Translations under genes and position numbers: made by a program
Shown: piece by piece, positions 41,717-54,862 of the stretch
Layout: the number at the start of each line of letters is the position of its first letter
How positions within the stretch are numbered: position 1 is the first letter of the stretch
From: Vermamoeba vermiformis
Taxonomy: Eukaryota
Assembly: GCA_045837725.1 (NCBI GenBank)
Contig: JBEWZL010000030.1
Location: forward strand, 1 to 64,000
Length of the DNA stretch: 64,000 nt
Direction: 5' to 3'
Notes under the pieces: generated by a model
What the model was told of the DNA's origin: nothing
The model's database searches: none
What the model saw: the letters and a program-made list of their open reading frames with translations, nothing else

Positions 41717-41788
41717 TAATACATTTAATTATTAAATAAGCCAACGTGCTAACTTATTAATATTACTTTTGAAATTTATTCGCATCTT

Positions 41789-44700
41789 TTACATATCAAG
41801 AGCAAATTCAATCTTTTTGACCAATGACGTGATTTCTGAACTGTGAGCCCATCGTTCATGAACGCGCAATACAAGTTCTCGTTGAATGTCAGTCACGTGC
41901 TTGTCTTTGCGCGCATCTAAAAGCTCGATCTCCTTCAATAACTTCTCCAACATTTTTCCGACGAGTTGGATCGGGGCTTCGGGGTGCATTTCATCGACAA
42001 ATTTGTACACGTAGATGCTCGATACGGTAAGTGTCACATCGCCGGACTCCAAAGTGACATCTGTCAAGAACTCTCGGTCCTCAGATTCGATCGATTTGAT
42101 CACGCCGTAATAAAATTTGTCGTCGGCTTTGTTCTTCCATGCAACGGTCTCATCAACTGTCAGCGGCAATAACGGACTGAATGTCAATAACTGCTTTTGT
42201 TCGTTCGTCAATGGCGTGCCGTAGGACTTGTTTAACATGCCATTGGTGAAATTTCCATCGCCCTTTTGATCGATCTTGTAATGATTCAGCACGCTCAAGA
42301 TGTCACTAAGAACATGTTTTAGTAAAATATTTTCAAGCTACCAGAAAATTTTTGATCGCGTACCTTGGATCGCAGGTGAGGATGGACTGCAACGGCAACA
42401 AGTTCCTTAAGAAGTGACCCAAGTAACGGTTGATTTCAATGACTAACAGCTCTTCGTATTTGACGGCTTTGGGAAGCTTTTCAATCAAATAGATTGTCTT
42501 GGTGTGTTCATCCAACAAACAATTCGTGCCTAAAAAGCAATGGTTAGCCTGGGTATTGACATTTTGAGATAAAAAATCATACCTTTAGCGTCTTTAGTGA
42601 CATTGCGCTTGTTTCTCGTGTCAATGAACTGCGAGTGAATGGTCGGAACAATGACCACTTTGAACTCTTGTAATTGCATCACTTTTTTCTCCAATTTCTT
42701 GACTTCACGAGCCACGTCAAGCTTCTCGCTCTTTCTGCGCGTCAATTCGTGCATTGATATGCGCAACAGTCCTTCGCAGAATTGCGTGGCTGAAATTGTA
42801 GCGGTGAATTTTGCGGCCTCTGTCAAATTGACAGGCTGGATCTTGACATCTGGATGGAAAATCTCTTCGACAATCTCGCTCAGCGCTAACAAACGAAAGG
42901 TTTAGAATGACACGTGCATTAATGTCAAAAAGTGACACTTACGTTGAATGTGCATTTGTGACGCGATGAATTGAGAGACGTGTTTGTGGGCCAATGAGAA
43001 CTCTTCCATATTAATACGGTGATGCAACCAAGAGCTGTCATCGTAAATCAGTTCCGAGCACGGTTTCAACTTGTTGTGCGTGTCTGGTGCGAGAATGACG
43101 GGCACTGAAGCAGCGAAATATCGATCGTGATTTTCAGGCTGGAGAATTCTCAACTGACTGCAGTAGCGCAATATTCTAATTGTCAAGTCTAACTGATTAG
43201 GATTCAACGCGCTATGCTTCTTCTTGTCAGCCAGTTGCGTCAAGACATCGAGAAGGTGGTCAATGTCCGGCACAACTTTCGCGCCAGCGACTTTGAGGAG
43301 TTCTTCAAACTTGCTAAGTTTGCGTGGCACTCGGTAGAAGAACGGTCTGAAATCAGTCGCAGCGTTAGATGAGCTGTCGTTGTCTTGAGCATTGTTCTTG
43401 TGGAGCTTGAAGAACAATTGGCGTGGCAAGACGGCGAGACCCGACTCGTCAACCACGACACAAGCGATGTTGCCCAGTTGATCGCGAATAATCGAGACTA
43501 GGTCTTGATATTCTTTGCTCTTAGGGTCCTTCTTGGCTTCTTCTAGACGTTCAGCGATGTACTTGAACGCGGCCTTGAGATCTTTTTGCAACAGTTTGAC
43601 CGACTTGTATTTGAATCGATCACCTTGCACCATCAAATTGCTGATGTGTTGAATGACTTTTGTGACACTAGGAGGCTCTAAGGACCACACTGCACGAACA
43701 GCTTCGTTGGGCACAATCTCCGGATGGAATATTGGCGAGACCGTCCAAATAATGCTGCGGTACTCGGGCAAGGCAATATCGTCAATGCGCTGAAGAATGA
43801 CGTTGGTAGGGTCCATTGGATCATTGTCAGTCACGTTAGTCATGCGCGGGTCCCACTGACACGGCACGAATTGAATGTTCTTGGCCTTGTTGATGAACGA
43901 GTGAATGAATGATCTGAACGCAGCTTCAGCATCGCGCTGTGTCTTGCGATTGATCTCTTTGTTGCGCTGCTTCTTTCTATTGCTGGCCACAACATCGTCC
44001 GTCAAGCTCTCGTAGACTTTCAAGCCGTCCTCGGTGCCAAGGTCCTTCAGCATCTTCAAGTCATTGAAGCCCTTTGAGACGTGAGTCTGATAGAACAGTT
44101 GAATCAGTTCGAGCAAACGACGCAGCTGCACGACTGAGAGTGACGGCAGAGCGGAGTATTTGAGCGCTGCGGACAAAAGGTGCTCTTCGGCCAAAGTCGT
44201 GTTGAGACCGAAATTGTCGCGCAAGAAACTGATCCATTCTTTCGACGAGATTCTGACGTCCGGGAAGTTCTCGGGGGTGTCGGAGTACAAGAACGCAAAG
44301 ACTGCATTCGTTGGATCGTGCAAAAATATGCCTCGTCGTGCAATACCAGCTGTATATAAAACGATTATTAGTTAACTTTTAAAGGTCAAAAATGGATCCG
44401 TACCTCTGGTCGGGATGAATTCGAACACAGACATCAGGTCATCAAAGTGCTTGATCTCGTTCTTCAAAATAACCATGTTGTTCTTGATGAACTCGAGCAT
44501 CTTAATCTGGTTCTGCGGTGATAGAGCTTTGATAGTTGGGCAAAACATATTTCTTCAAGAAGTGACCTCTATTAGCCGCTGAAATTCCGAGGCACGCGTA
44601 GAGCTGTTGCAGCTTTGGTTTGTACTTCAAGAACTTGGAGTTCAAGCTCGTTGAAGGCACGTCAGGTGGCATCATGAAGTACTCATCTTGAGGGGCCACG

Positions 44701-47700
44701 AAGCGGGTTTTGCCTAGTCGAACATTAGTATATTTCATTTATATAGATGTTAAGGGACATACCGTATTCTTCGAGTTGTTCACGGAGCTCAGGCGGAATG
44801 TTTCGGAACAATTTGGGATGGTCACAAATAACGTCCGCGCACAAGTTGACCAAGTAGTCAGGATTGGTCTCGGACTCTGTCTCGAACAACGGCAATCTCT
44901 TGAGGATCTTGGCCTCCATGGCAATGCGTCTGTCGATGAGTTAGCGTTATTTACTTTTTTGGAAATGACTACGTACTCAATCGAGACGGAGGTGTTGAGA
45001 GTCTCCAGCAAGAAACTTCTATCTTGACTCGTCAAATTATCACAGTTCTCTGGCTTGACGCGTCTCAGGGCCAACAAAATGTCCTCTGGCTTGATGTTCA
45101 AACACATCTTTCTAGTCTCGTTTGTCGGAGGACAGATGTCAGTGTTCAAGAACAACGCTTGCAGCTTGGTCATAATGTCAAAGAGACGTGCTTTCGGGCC
45201 CTTGAATAACTCCATCTCTGAAGGCGGAATGAAGATGTACTCGGCTCTACCACGACTCACGAGCTTGTAGTCTTCAGTGGGGATAATTGGCCAGTCGACG
45301 GGCAATGACGACCATTTGCCCTTTGCAACACTCCAGAACTTGCGCAGCCAAGCCTCGGAGATATCTATCACACGTTAGTCATCGAAAATATCTTCGTCAT
45401 TAGTTTCGAACTTACCGTTGAAATCCCAATTAATTTCTTCTCGTCCGCGCCACTCTTTGGGAAGTATCAAATGGAAGTTCTCCATGAACTCGGTGACACC
45501 AAAGTTCACTACAGAAGCTGGCGACAGATCTGCTTTTCGTGAGAGCTTGAAGTCTCGCAGAACCTTGCTGACATCAATGTTGATCAACGTGCGCTTGAAC
45601 GCCGGCAAGTTTTCAATGAGCTCGATGATGGTGTTGATGTCAGTGTCAATCATATACTTCAATTGACCACCGAAAATAGTGATGGCGTTGTTGTGCAAGC
45701 AACACAAAGGCAGACCAACGAGACCTTGAATGATCGCGTGAGTCTCTTCTTCGTCCAATTGACTCGTGTCCCAGTTCTGTCTCTTTTTCGCCTTCTGCAG
45801 CTTGAGCTTTTGATTCTTGCTCGTCTGTCTCTTGAAATCCGTTTCGTCCTTGACAGCAGGCAGAACAGTTTCAGTCTTGGATGACTCGAGACAATAGTTC
45901 AATAGGACCAGCGCGCTGTCCTTAGAGTTGATGACAAACTCGTCGTAGGTCCAGTAAGTCTTTCCTGATTCAGCTGCCATCTTTTTCAAGAAGTTTCGAA
46001 GTTTCAACGGTGAGAGCTGTTGAATTTCATTCACCGAGTGGTACTTGAACTGTTGATAAATGACCTCGGGAGCATCAGCCAAGGGGAACTTGATTTGCTT
46101 GAGAATATCCACGAGCTTAGCTGTGTTCTTATGCAAGATCAATTCGTTCGGGAAGACCGACTCGAACGGAGCAATGAGCGTGTTGGCATCCATGAACGAG
46201 AACAAGCAGGCTTGTTTTGCGAGTATTTGGTAGAAGGATTGGATCATCGGGTGCCAGAACTGATCGATCGGAGTCGCTGTGGTGGACGGCCAGAAGTCAT
46301 AGTACTGATTCTTTTTCACTTCACCGCGAGCGATGCAGCCTTGCAGACCCTTGATAAAGTGGACGTAGGCACCGAGTACAGAGGTATCACGCAGCACCCG
46401 GTTCCATTCGGCCTCTTCTGTGGTGATAAGACCGTTCTTCTCCGGCGTCAAGTCAAAGTTGGAATGGATTTGGACGGGCAAGCCAGTAGCTATGTCCAAG
46501 GGCACATAGTAGAACAACTTGCCGTTAGACGTTTCCTTTTCCTCCTTTTCTTCCTTCTCTTGAGCTTTCTTCTTGTTACTGTACTCGCGCTGATCAAGCT
46601 CTTTGGTGTCTGAGGGTAACTTCGCTGCAACGATCGAGTAAGGCAAACGCAAGCCACTGATCTTGGTCTTGGATGTCAATATCTTGTTGACGTAGCTGAC
46701 GTCAAAGTACTGTGACATCAACCACCTTTCGTTGACTGATTCGCCTTCAGCTCTCTTAGTGACCTTCATGTTCACGATCTGAGTTTCTTTTTGCAATTCA
46801 AGCGGCACGTCGAGCTTTCGCTTGATGGGATTGACAGCAACGATCTTTTTGACAGCGCGCTTCTTTTTCTTAGGCCTCTTTTGCTTATCGCCAGGCTCGG
46901 GTTCGTTAGTGTTATTATTGTTGTTATTGGGATCTTCAACGGTGATCTCCTCTTCGTCGTTATCATCCAACGTGGTCAGCTGCGTGTCAATGTACGACGC
47001 GATGTCTTTTGGTTTGCCACGGAACTTCTCAAGTTCAGGAGTGAAATCTGCACGAGTGAATTAGTTTAGTTTTTAATTAGTTTAGGACTTACTCTCAATT
47101 TCAGCGATAAACCAAGGCTTTAGATTGTTCTCTTCGTTTTGGTAGGTCTCAATTTTCTTGACACGGTTTAAGAATGCCAAATGCGAGGTCGCTTGACCCA
47201 TAAAACGGCCAATCAACTTGCGCACCTTGTCTACTGAAACAATCGTGCCAGGAAGACGGGAGTCTTTGCCCTTCAAAACTTGCCGAAGAGGTACTCTGAA
47301 GAGCGTGCCAGGGAAGTATCCCTTTGACACATCGCAGCCCAAGAAGTTGAACGTTGCAAATTGGTCGGGGAAGAGTGACACAATGTTGGAGTTCAAGTTG
47401 AAGCGGACATACGGGTGATGGGCGTTTGATCCAGGAACGTGCGATGTGTAAGCATCACAGAAGACGGCGTCTAAAAGTCCGTTAGCATTATAAAAATTTA
47501 GATTGAAAAACTGCTTACAGTTGCCGCTGACGAAGCTGGGAAGGTCGGACAAATGGAACAAGGTGCTGAAACCAATGCCAAGTTTTCCAATTTTGGTAAT
47601 GTCTCCACGCTTGGCACTTCTGCCAGGAGTACAAATGTTTTCAAAGTCCTCGGGTCTGAATGTGGCGTTGTTGTAAATGTACAACGCAGGTCCCTGGTGC

Positions 47701-50700
47701 TCCTTCATCTTGGGACCGAACAACGAGTTGTCATTGTGCTGCGTGTCGTCGAGAATAACAACGAATTCACTGGCACCAGCATCGTCGGCATTTTGAATCA
47801 TCTCCGTCAATATTCTGGATTGAGAACGAGTGTGAAGGGCCTCAGAGATCTTGCCGAGTTTTTTGCTCACACTTGCATCGCCATCCTGGTCCTTGATTGG
47901 GTCAATCGCATTCGTGATTACCACATGACTGCAAGGTCTGATGCCGAGAGCCTTTGCAATTTGATTCGGAATGGACGGATGAATGATTTGGTGATTCTCG
48001 GGTGTCTTGGCTTCGAGTGACTTAACCCACGGCATGTCGTCGTAAACGAGCTTTGTAGGTGACACAAGATGTCCACTTTGACTGGGCAAGACCAAACCAT
48101 TCGGAATATCTTTGGCTGACTCGATACTTTCAGATAACAAGGTCACAACTGAAAGGCTGAGTTTGAGTTCGCGCTCGTTAAGTGGCGTCCTGTTGTTCGC
48201 TCTGGTGGCCAATAAGTCTTTCAAAATGCCAACCAAGTCTTCAGGTTCGACGTAATTCTTGAAGTCGAGAGTGCTGAATAGGTTGGGATATTTCTTCAAG
48301 TCTCTTGGGCACGAGAATATGAACGGAGACAAGTCGATGGACAATTCTCGAACAATTTGAGTCTTCTTCGCAAAATAAGGAGCGACCCAAATCCACTTGC
48401 AATCTTCATCAAGGAGCTCATCGAAGGCGTTCTTTGTGATCTGCCCAGTGCTGAGTGCGTTGTTCAAAAACTCGTTGACACGGTCGCTAATCGTTGAAAT
48501 GAACGATGAAAGTTTCGAACCACTCTCGCCTTCAATGTTGAAAGCAACAGCTGTGCTCGCTAATTTCTTGGTGTGACTCACAACGACTTCAACGTTCGGA
48601 GGGTTGACCCAGTCAAATGTCTTGATGAAGTAGGGGTTCTTCGGGTGATAGTCGAGGATGGCACGACTGCCGCAGCTGAGCAGGGCATCACGTTGCAAAC
48701 AAGTCACGTTCGGGGCAACAAGCTGAGGCTCTCCAACAAACCAGAAGGCTTGATTGAACGCAGAGAGCACGTCATTTGCTACCACATTGAGTGAGTTGGC
48801 CAGGTAGTGTGTTGGTGAAATGCTTGGCAACCATTCCGTCGCTGACAACTCCTTGGTGAACACATCAAAGTCCTCCGCTGATAATTCAGTTTCCAGCATG
48901 CTGAAGTTACGATCCAAGTAAGCGCACAAGCTCTTCGCTCGCAACAGTGCTGCTTGCTTGTCTTGTTTGTAGTATGAAGGCACTGACTTGATTCTGTCGA
49001 TGAAATCTTTCACGCCAAGCTGCTTCTTCAGGCCAAGCTTTCTTAAGCTCGCAAGCATGGCAGGATCTTTGTACGGTCCAGTAGGGAACACAGGTTCGAA
49101 CGTGAACATGTGATTCATGTCTGTTTCTTCGGGGTCAAACAAATAACGAGGCGGACAAAGTCTTCCGTTGCTGTCTGGAATAAATTCCAAGTTGCTGAAG
49201 AAATCCACAATGTCACCAGCAGTGTCTTCCTTGATAATGGCATTCAAGTCTTCGAGCACATAAATCATCACTTGGTCTCGGTGTTCTTGAGTAAATGTGC
49301 TCAGTTTCTCGGTCAAATAAGACTTGTAGAACTCTGGGCGCTTCAGCACTGATATTTCCAAGAACTCCAACAGGTATTTGTCGTGTGGCGAGTCACGCTT
49401 GAGCAAGTACTCCGAAGTGATGTCGTGCGGAATGTTTTCGGGTGGGCACGCGTACTGAGTCTTGTCAATAGCTGCAAATCGATGTTCTTTCGAGAAGGTC
49501 TCGAAGATTGGAAGTTGCTTGATGTTGTCTCGTTGAGCTGCAGAGTTGAGCACCTTGTTTTCAAACCACTCATACTTGGAGAAGAATCGCCTGAGATTGT
49601 GAAATGTTAATGTCAACTAGCGCAAAGGTTTAATGGACTTACTTGAGAGCAATCTTTTCATCGGCAGACAAGACCGCAAATAGCTCCGTAGGTGATTTGT
49701 TCGCGTTCTTGATGCACTGAGTCAACGCGTTCAAAACACCAGCTGCGTCACCAGCAGGGAAGATGTTGCTCAAGATTTTGTTATTGAGTGTGATTTCCGA
49801 TTCATCGACGACATAACAGTGAAGCTTGGCCAAGGCGGTGATGACGTCATTGGACAAACTTGAGTGCGATAGCAAGCACGGCGTGTTAGGGTGTAGCGAG
49901 CACAAGCGTTGACCCATGCACGGTACTAGAGGCCATTGTTCGAAATCAGTCTCGGGCTTGTCGTTGCCGTTCATCGTAAGGAATGTCAAGTACTGCCAGA
50001 AACGCTCGAGCCAATCTTTTGACACGACATTCTGATTCCACTCAACGAGATACGAGTTCTTCCACTCTTTTGGAAGCACGTGCTCGAACAATTGGCTGAC
50101 AGTCTTGGGATCCACAATAGTCACATTGACCACTTCTCGCAGCTCACTTGACTTGAGCTCGGCGTTGATAGTTGGCGACACGATGTTACTGTCAACGAAC
50201 ATTGACAAGTGATTCGGAAACAACGACATTTCTAAATCAGTTGCGAGGTAAATATGAGCCTTGTTCCTGCTCTCAAACTTCGAGAAACTTTTGTCTGCCA
50301 TTGGCACCAGGTTGATTCCCTACTTTTGTGTCAGCTTCAAACCAAATTAGTTAACTTTAAACTAACGTACCTGAAGGTCTTCGAAGTTTCTATCGGCCAA
50401 GCAGTATTCGAGAAGATGCACAACTAAACTTCGATTCTTTTGATACATGGCGGGCACGGTGGTCCAATTAGTCTTCAAGATTTTTCGAACCAATGAAGGA
50501 CTAACAAATTTCACGGTGTTGCCGAGAGCGTGACTGAATGCTTCGAACAAACCAGGAGTGACTTCTACTACGGGAATGTTCTCGTCAATCAGTGCTTGAA
50601 AGACGGTCTTGAATACTGCAGGCGGGACAGCAGTGCTATGCACATCTTCATTTCTATATACAAATACGGCCTCTGAAGCGGAAACCCATTGTCCGCCGTT

Positions 50701-53109
50701 TGATGGACTGTACAAAACCTGAAAACAAAAAATTCAGTACAAAAAAGTCGGATCCGTACTGGTCTTACCTTTGCTTGGTTCTTAATCAAATAGCTATACA
50801 CACTTTCAGACAAATCGTTCCAATAAGAGTTAGTGGACTTGATGTTCGGCCATTGCTCGTAGAATTGAATCAAATACTCGAGTTGATTGTTCTTCGCGAT
50901 AGAAATGGCGGTCTGTTCGATCAAAGCAGCGTAAGCAGATCCGACAACATCTTGTTTGAGTCTATTGTTCCAATCTACTTTCTTCTTGCCTTCGCCGCTC
51001 AAATCTTCACCGTGCCAGACATCTCTTCTGTTCAGTGAAAGTTCGAAGCAGCCGTTAACATGCACGGGCAATCCTGTCTCAGTCGGTAGCGGCAGAAAGC
51101 AGAAAACTCTTCCTTTGACTATTCAATCGTTAATTTAAATCTAATTATTAGTTGTTGGAATTGTACGAACCATTTTCTTTGGTGTAAATGGATTTGGTTG
51201 CGACACCACCCCACGGCACCAATCGCAGTCCTTGAGCTGCTTTGAACTCTTGCATGGCCATCTCGCTGGACTTGCCACCGCCAATCTGGTTACATAACAT
51301 CCATGATTCGTTGTTGACCTGTGTGCCGTCTTTGACTTCAACATCGAGCGGGATGACGTAACTCTTTTCTTTGCCGGCCATTGTTTCCAAGTAAGACAAG
51401 CCTTGCGAAACACTGTCGTACATGACCTTTCGATCAGTTCTAACGGTGTTAAGAGTGATTGGATTTTGTTTTTCAGCGTTCTTAATGACCACGCTGTAGT
51501 AGTGCTTTGGCTCAGCGTCGCCTTTGTCCCACGTGTAAAGTTCAACGGACTCGACAAACTTCAAAAACAAGAGCACTGTTGAGCCTTCTTTTTTGAACGA
51601 AGCAAACAGCTCTTCAACTTTTTCTTCGGTGTACGGCAACTTTGAAATTTGTGAAAAGGGACTGACTTCATCCGTGCGCAACGGAAATCGGAACTAACAA
51701 CAATGTTATTATACATGCCCTTACTCGTAAGATTATATTGATCTTACAATAGTGCCGTTGAAAAATGATTTCATGTCGCAGTTGAGCATTTTGTACGGCG
51801 CGACTTGGTCTTCAAAAATTGTTGTCACTTCAGGACACTCTAAGTAGTCCCATCTATTATCGTCGACAATTAGAATAGGCTATTATAATATATAGCTACT
51901 TTTGAAGCGTACCTTTTACCACATGATTGAGTTTCACCGGGTAAGTAACGTGCGTGCGGATCTAGCATCACGAGATGCTTACCGGATACAAAGCTGATAT
52001 AATGAATTAGTATTTAATGATCGTTTATATGGCGTATGGTATTAATTTACCTCGGCAAGTCGGTGATGTGATAAATTGAGTTGAAACCAATACCGAACCG
52101 ACCAGTCTTGCCCAACTCATTTTTCTTTCTGCTCGAGCCCAGTCTTCGAATACTTTCAAAATCTTTTTCTTCGAAAACACCCGAGTTGTACGCATACAAC
52201 GCTAGCAAACAGAAGTGTCAAACTTTGACAGCAAATTTAAGTTCGTTTGTAGAGCTTACCAGGGCCTTGGAATAACTTCATTCCATCTGTAAATAGTTTC
52301 TTTGACGGAAATGATCTCCGATCAAAGACGAATTTGACGTGTGTCGCGCGAGCATCATCGGCGTTTTGAAGCAACTCTTTGAGAATTTGACTGTGTGATT
52401 CAAGAGTTGGTTAGCACGTGCGAATAAGATGGAGTTGTTACGTAGTATCGTGAGTAGCGAAATAATATGAATAATTGCACGTGAAACACAAAGAACGGAT
52501 CGAGTTTTTTGAGAATTCCATAAAAGATAGAAAAATTTACCTTCCGTCCGGGTATTGGCGCAGAATATTGGTAATTCTAACGGTGAGGGGTTCAAATTGA
52601 CTGAATTCTTCGCCTTCAAGTAGCTTAAGACGGTTGGGAGCCAAACCTGAAGAAAAAAACGAAAAAAATTAATCAAAAATCTTACTGGCTTGAATACACC
52701 ATTAAACTCTTTTTAACATGAATACTTGTTTAAAATTACTGAGCGGCTATTTTTAGCATTTTTTCCAAGCTCAGAATAAAAATTCAATTTCACAAGTTGG
52801 CTTACCTTGACTTCCCAAACTCGTCATTGAGACGTTAATAATGTTATATATCGTTCCTGTCGCAGGATCAACGGTGAAAGGCAAATTGGTCACGTATCTA
52901 ACTTGGCCATCTACAGTGAAGGAGTATTTATACCGTCCAGGAGGCATAGACAACTCTGTTGACCATTTATCACCATTTTTTTGTAATTTAGTTGGCTTAA
53001 ACTCGTTCCAAGAGCCAGTAATCAAGACTTCTTGAATACTAGTCTTTGGTTGATCAGCATCTGGCTCCCAGGAGAACGAGACAGGCACCAAATGCAATTC
53101 CTGAGTCAT
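41789..53109 (-). CDS. Sacsin-like giant protein (two HSP90-like SRR modules) with N-terminal CBM48/AMPK-beta glycogen-binding domain (one +1 frameshift near 44528)
   Basis: [71 protein letters not shown]; second module EMIQNADDAGA, IGKLGIGF; exon 1 ITGSWNEF...PPGRYKYSFTVDG. Confidence 0.9.
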
Positions 53110-53278
53110 ATGTGGTAATAATATTAATCAAATAAGTGTGATAACAATCGCAACTGAACCTTTCGTGTCCACAGAAGTAAAAGTTGGTCAAACTTTGTCA
53201 AATGCTTTTTTGTCTTGGAAGCATTGAACTCAGCGTAGAATTTCTATTATCTCATACAAGTTGACACTATAATTAACT
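53110..53278. promoter_or_regulatory. Probable bidirectional promoter
   Basis: Only 169 bp separate the divergent start codons at 53109(-) and 53279(+). Confidence 0.5.
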
Positions 53279-54589
53279 ATGGATCAACCTAAACGACTTG
53301 GCTGCGGCACTCCTGGTATGATCACGCGACAAAACGCGATCTGTTCGACTTACGCGTGCTTTGAAATTAATTAGTACTAATATTATTATGCTCTATGTTG
53401 ATATTTAATTTATAAGGCTGCCCTTGCGGTGCTTCTTGCGCTTGCGGAAGCGGATGCACTTGCGCTCAACGAAAACAGCAACAAAACCCAATGGTAATTA
53501 TCAAAATAATTTATAATTAATTTTCACGTTATATTCAATATTTGGGATTTATTTGGATTTATGCAATGCATTTTCCAATTGATCGGAGTTTATTTCATTT
53601 ATGTGATTGCTGACAACGAATTAACGTGCCTATTGCAGAATCGACCTGGTCCTGGTCAGCCTATGCCAAGAATGAACAATAATAATCAAGGTCAGCAAGG
53701 TTGCTTAATTCAATAACAAATTTTCCTTTTCGATCCAAAATTATATGTTCACCAAAAAATTGTAAATATGTGAAGAACTGTTTGCGAACAAACGAGCTTG
53801 TTAATATTCCTTTATACTGATCGAAATAAACGTTACAACGTTTACAATCCATTCATGATCCGATCTCAGCGCTGAATTTTCTTTCTCCTGCAGACGAGAA
53901 AATAGTTCCTCATCTGTTGAAGATATTAGAAGATATATGGGAGAAAGAGCCTTACGGTAAAGGTACACCACTGCTTAAGATTTAAAGCCCTCGACTTTTA
54001 TTCATGAAACACGAAACAGATCTCAAAGCCAAATTGAAAGTTGAAGAAATGAGACCTGGCTGCATGTCTTGCGTATTAGAAGTTGACGAAGACTTTAGGA
54101 ACCTTTACGATACACTACACGGCGGAGCTTACATTTATTTAGCTGGTACGCATCTGAATTTTCTTGAGCAACTGATCTGTTACATGACCTTCTATATTTG
54201 GCTATTCGATTCGAAGTCATTATACACTTCCTTTCATTGTTTTTTTAATATTATAGCATCACATAGATATGGTTAGTTCGATGGCAATCATCGCGTCAGA
54301 TCCAGAGCATCGCTTCAGCGTCAGCATTGAGCTGGAGAATACCTTCCTCAAACCAGCCCCTGTTGGCACTAAAGTATTCATAGTGAGCAATATTCTACGA
54401 ATGGGCAAGGCTGTCGCTACGGCTGAAGTCAGATTTACCGATCAGGTACGCTTTTCATCTCTCTCTCTGCTATCAACCTTTACGAGCATCAGATTGAAAA
54501 TATTTCTAATACTTTTTGCACGTTAGGCGACCGGAGAATTACTCGGCTACGCGAAACAAACAAAATACTTTTTGAAATCCAAAGCGTAA
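53279..54589 (+). CDS. PaaI/ACOT13-type hotdog thioesterase with N-terminal metallothionein-like Cys cluster
   Basis: Seven phase-compatible exons. CGTPGCPCGASCACGSGCTC, then NLYDTLHGGAYIYLAD, SVSIELENTFLKPAPVG, RMGK. Confidence 0.8.
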
Positions 54590-54862
54590 TAGTGTTCTTA
54601 CTTGTAATAAATAAATTTATCATTGTACCAACCGATGTCTAGATTATGAGCTTATAAAGACAAGGTCCTTCACGGAGACGGCTCGGAGATCCGTTTTTTG
54701 CGAAATTTCCATTTTTTCTGCGCGGTGACGAAACACTCAAAGGCGCGCGACCTCCGTTTTTTTTTAATCAACAACACGCATCAACAACAAGCGACAATTA
54801 AACCTCATTCTAAAGGATCAGGTTGATTTGGGAAAGTAACCGATTTTCAACCGCATCTGAAA

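Noticed and set aside
44739-45420. Apparent frame breaks inside the sacsin-like gene at ~45375, ~44950 and ~44740
   Set aside because: Each is explained by a canonical short GT-AG intron with a branch site.
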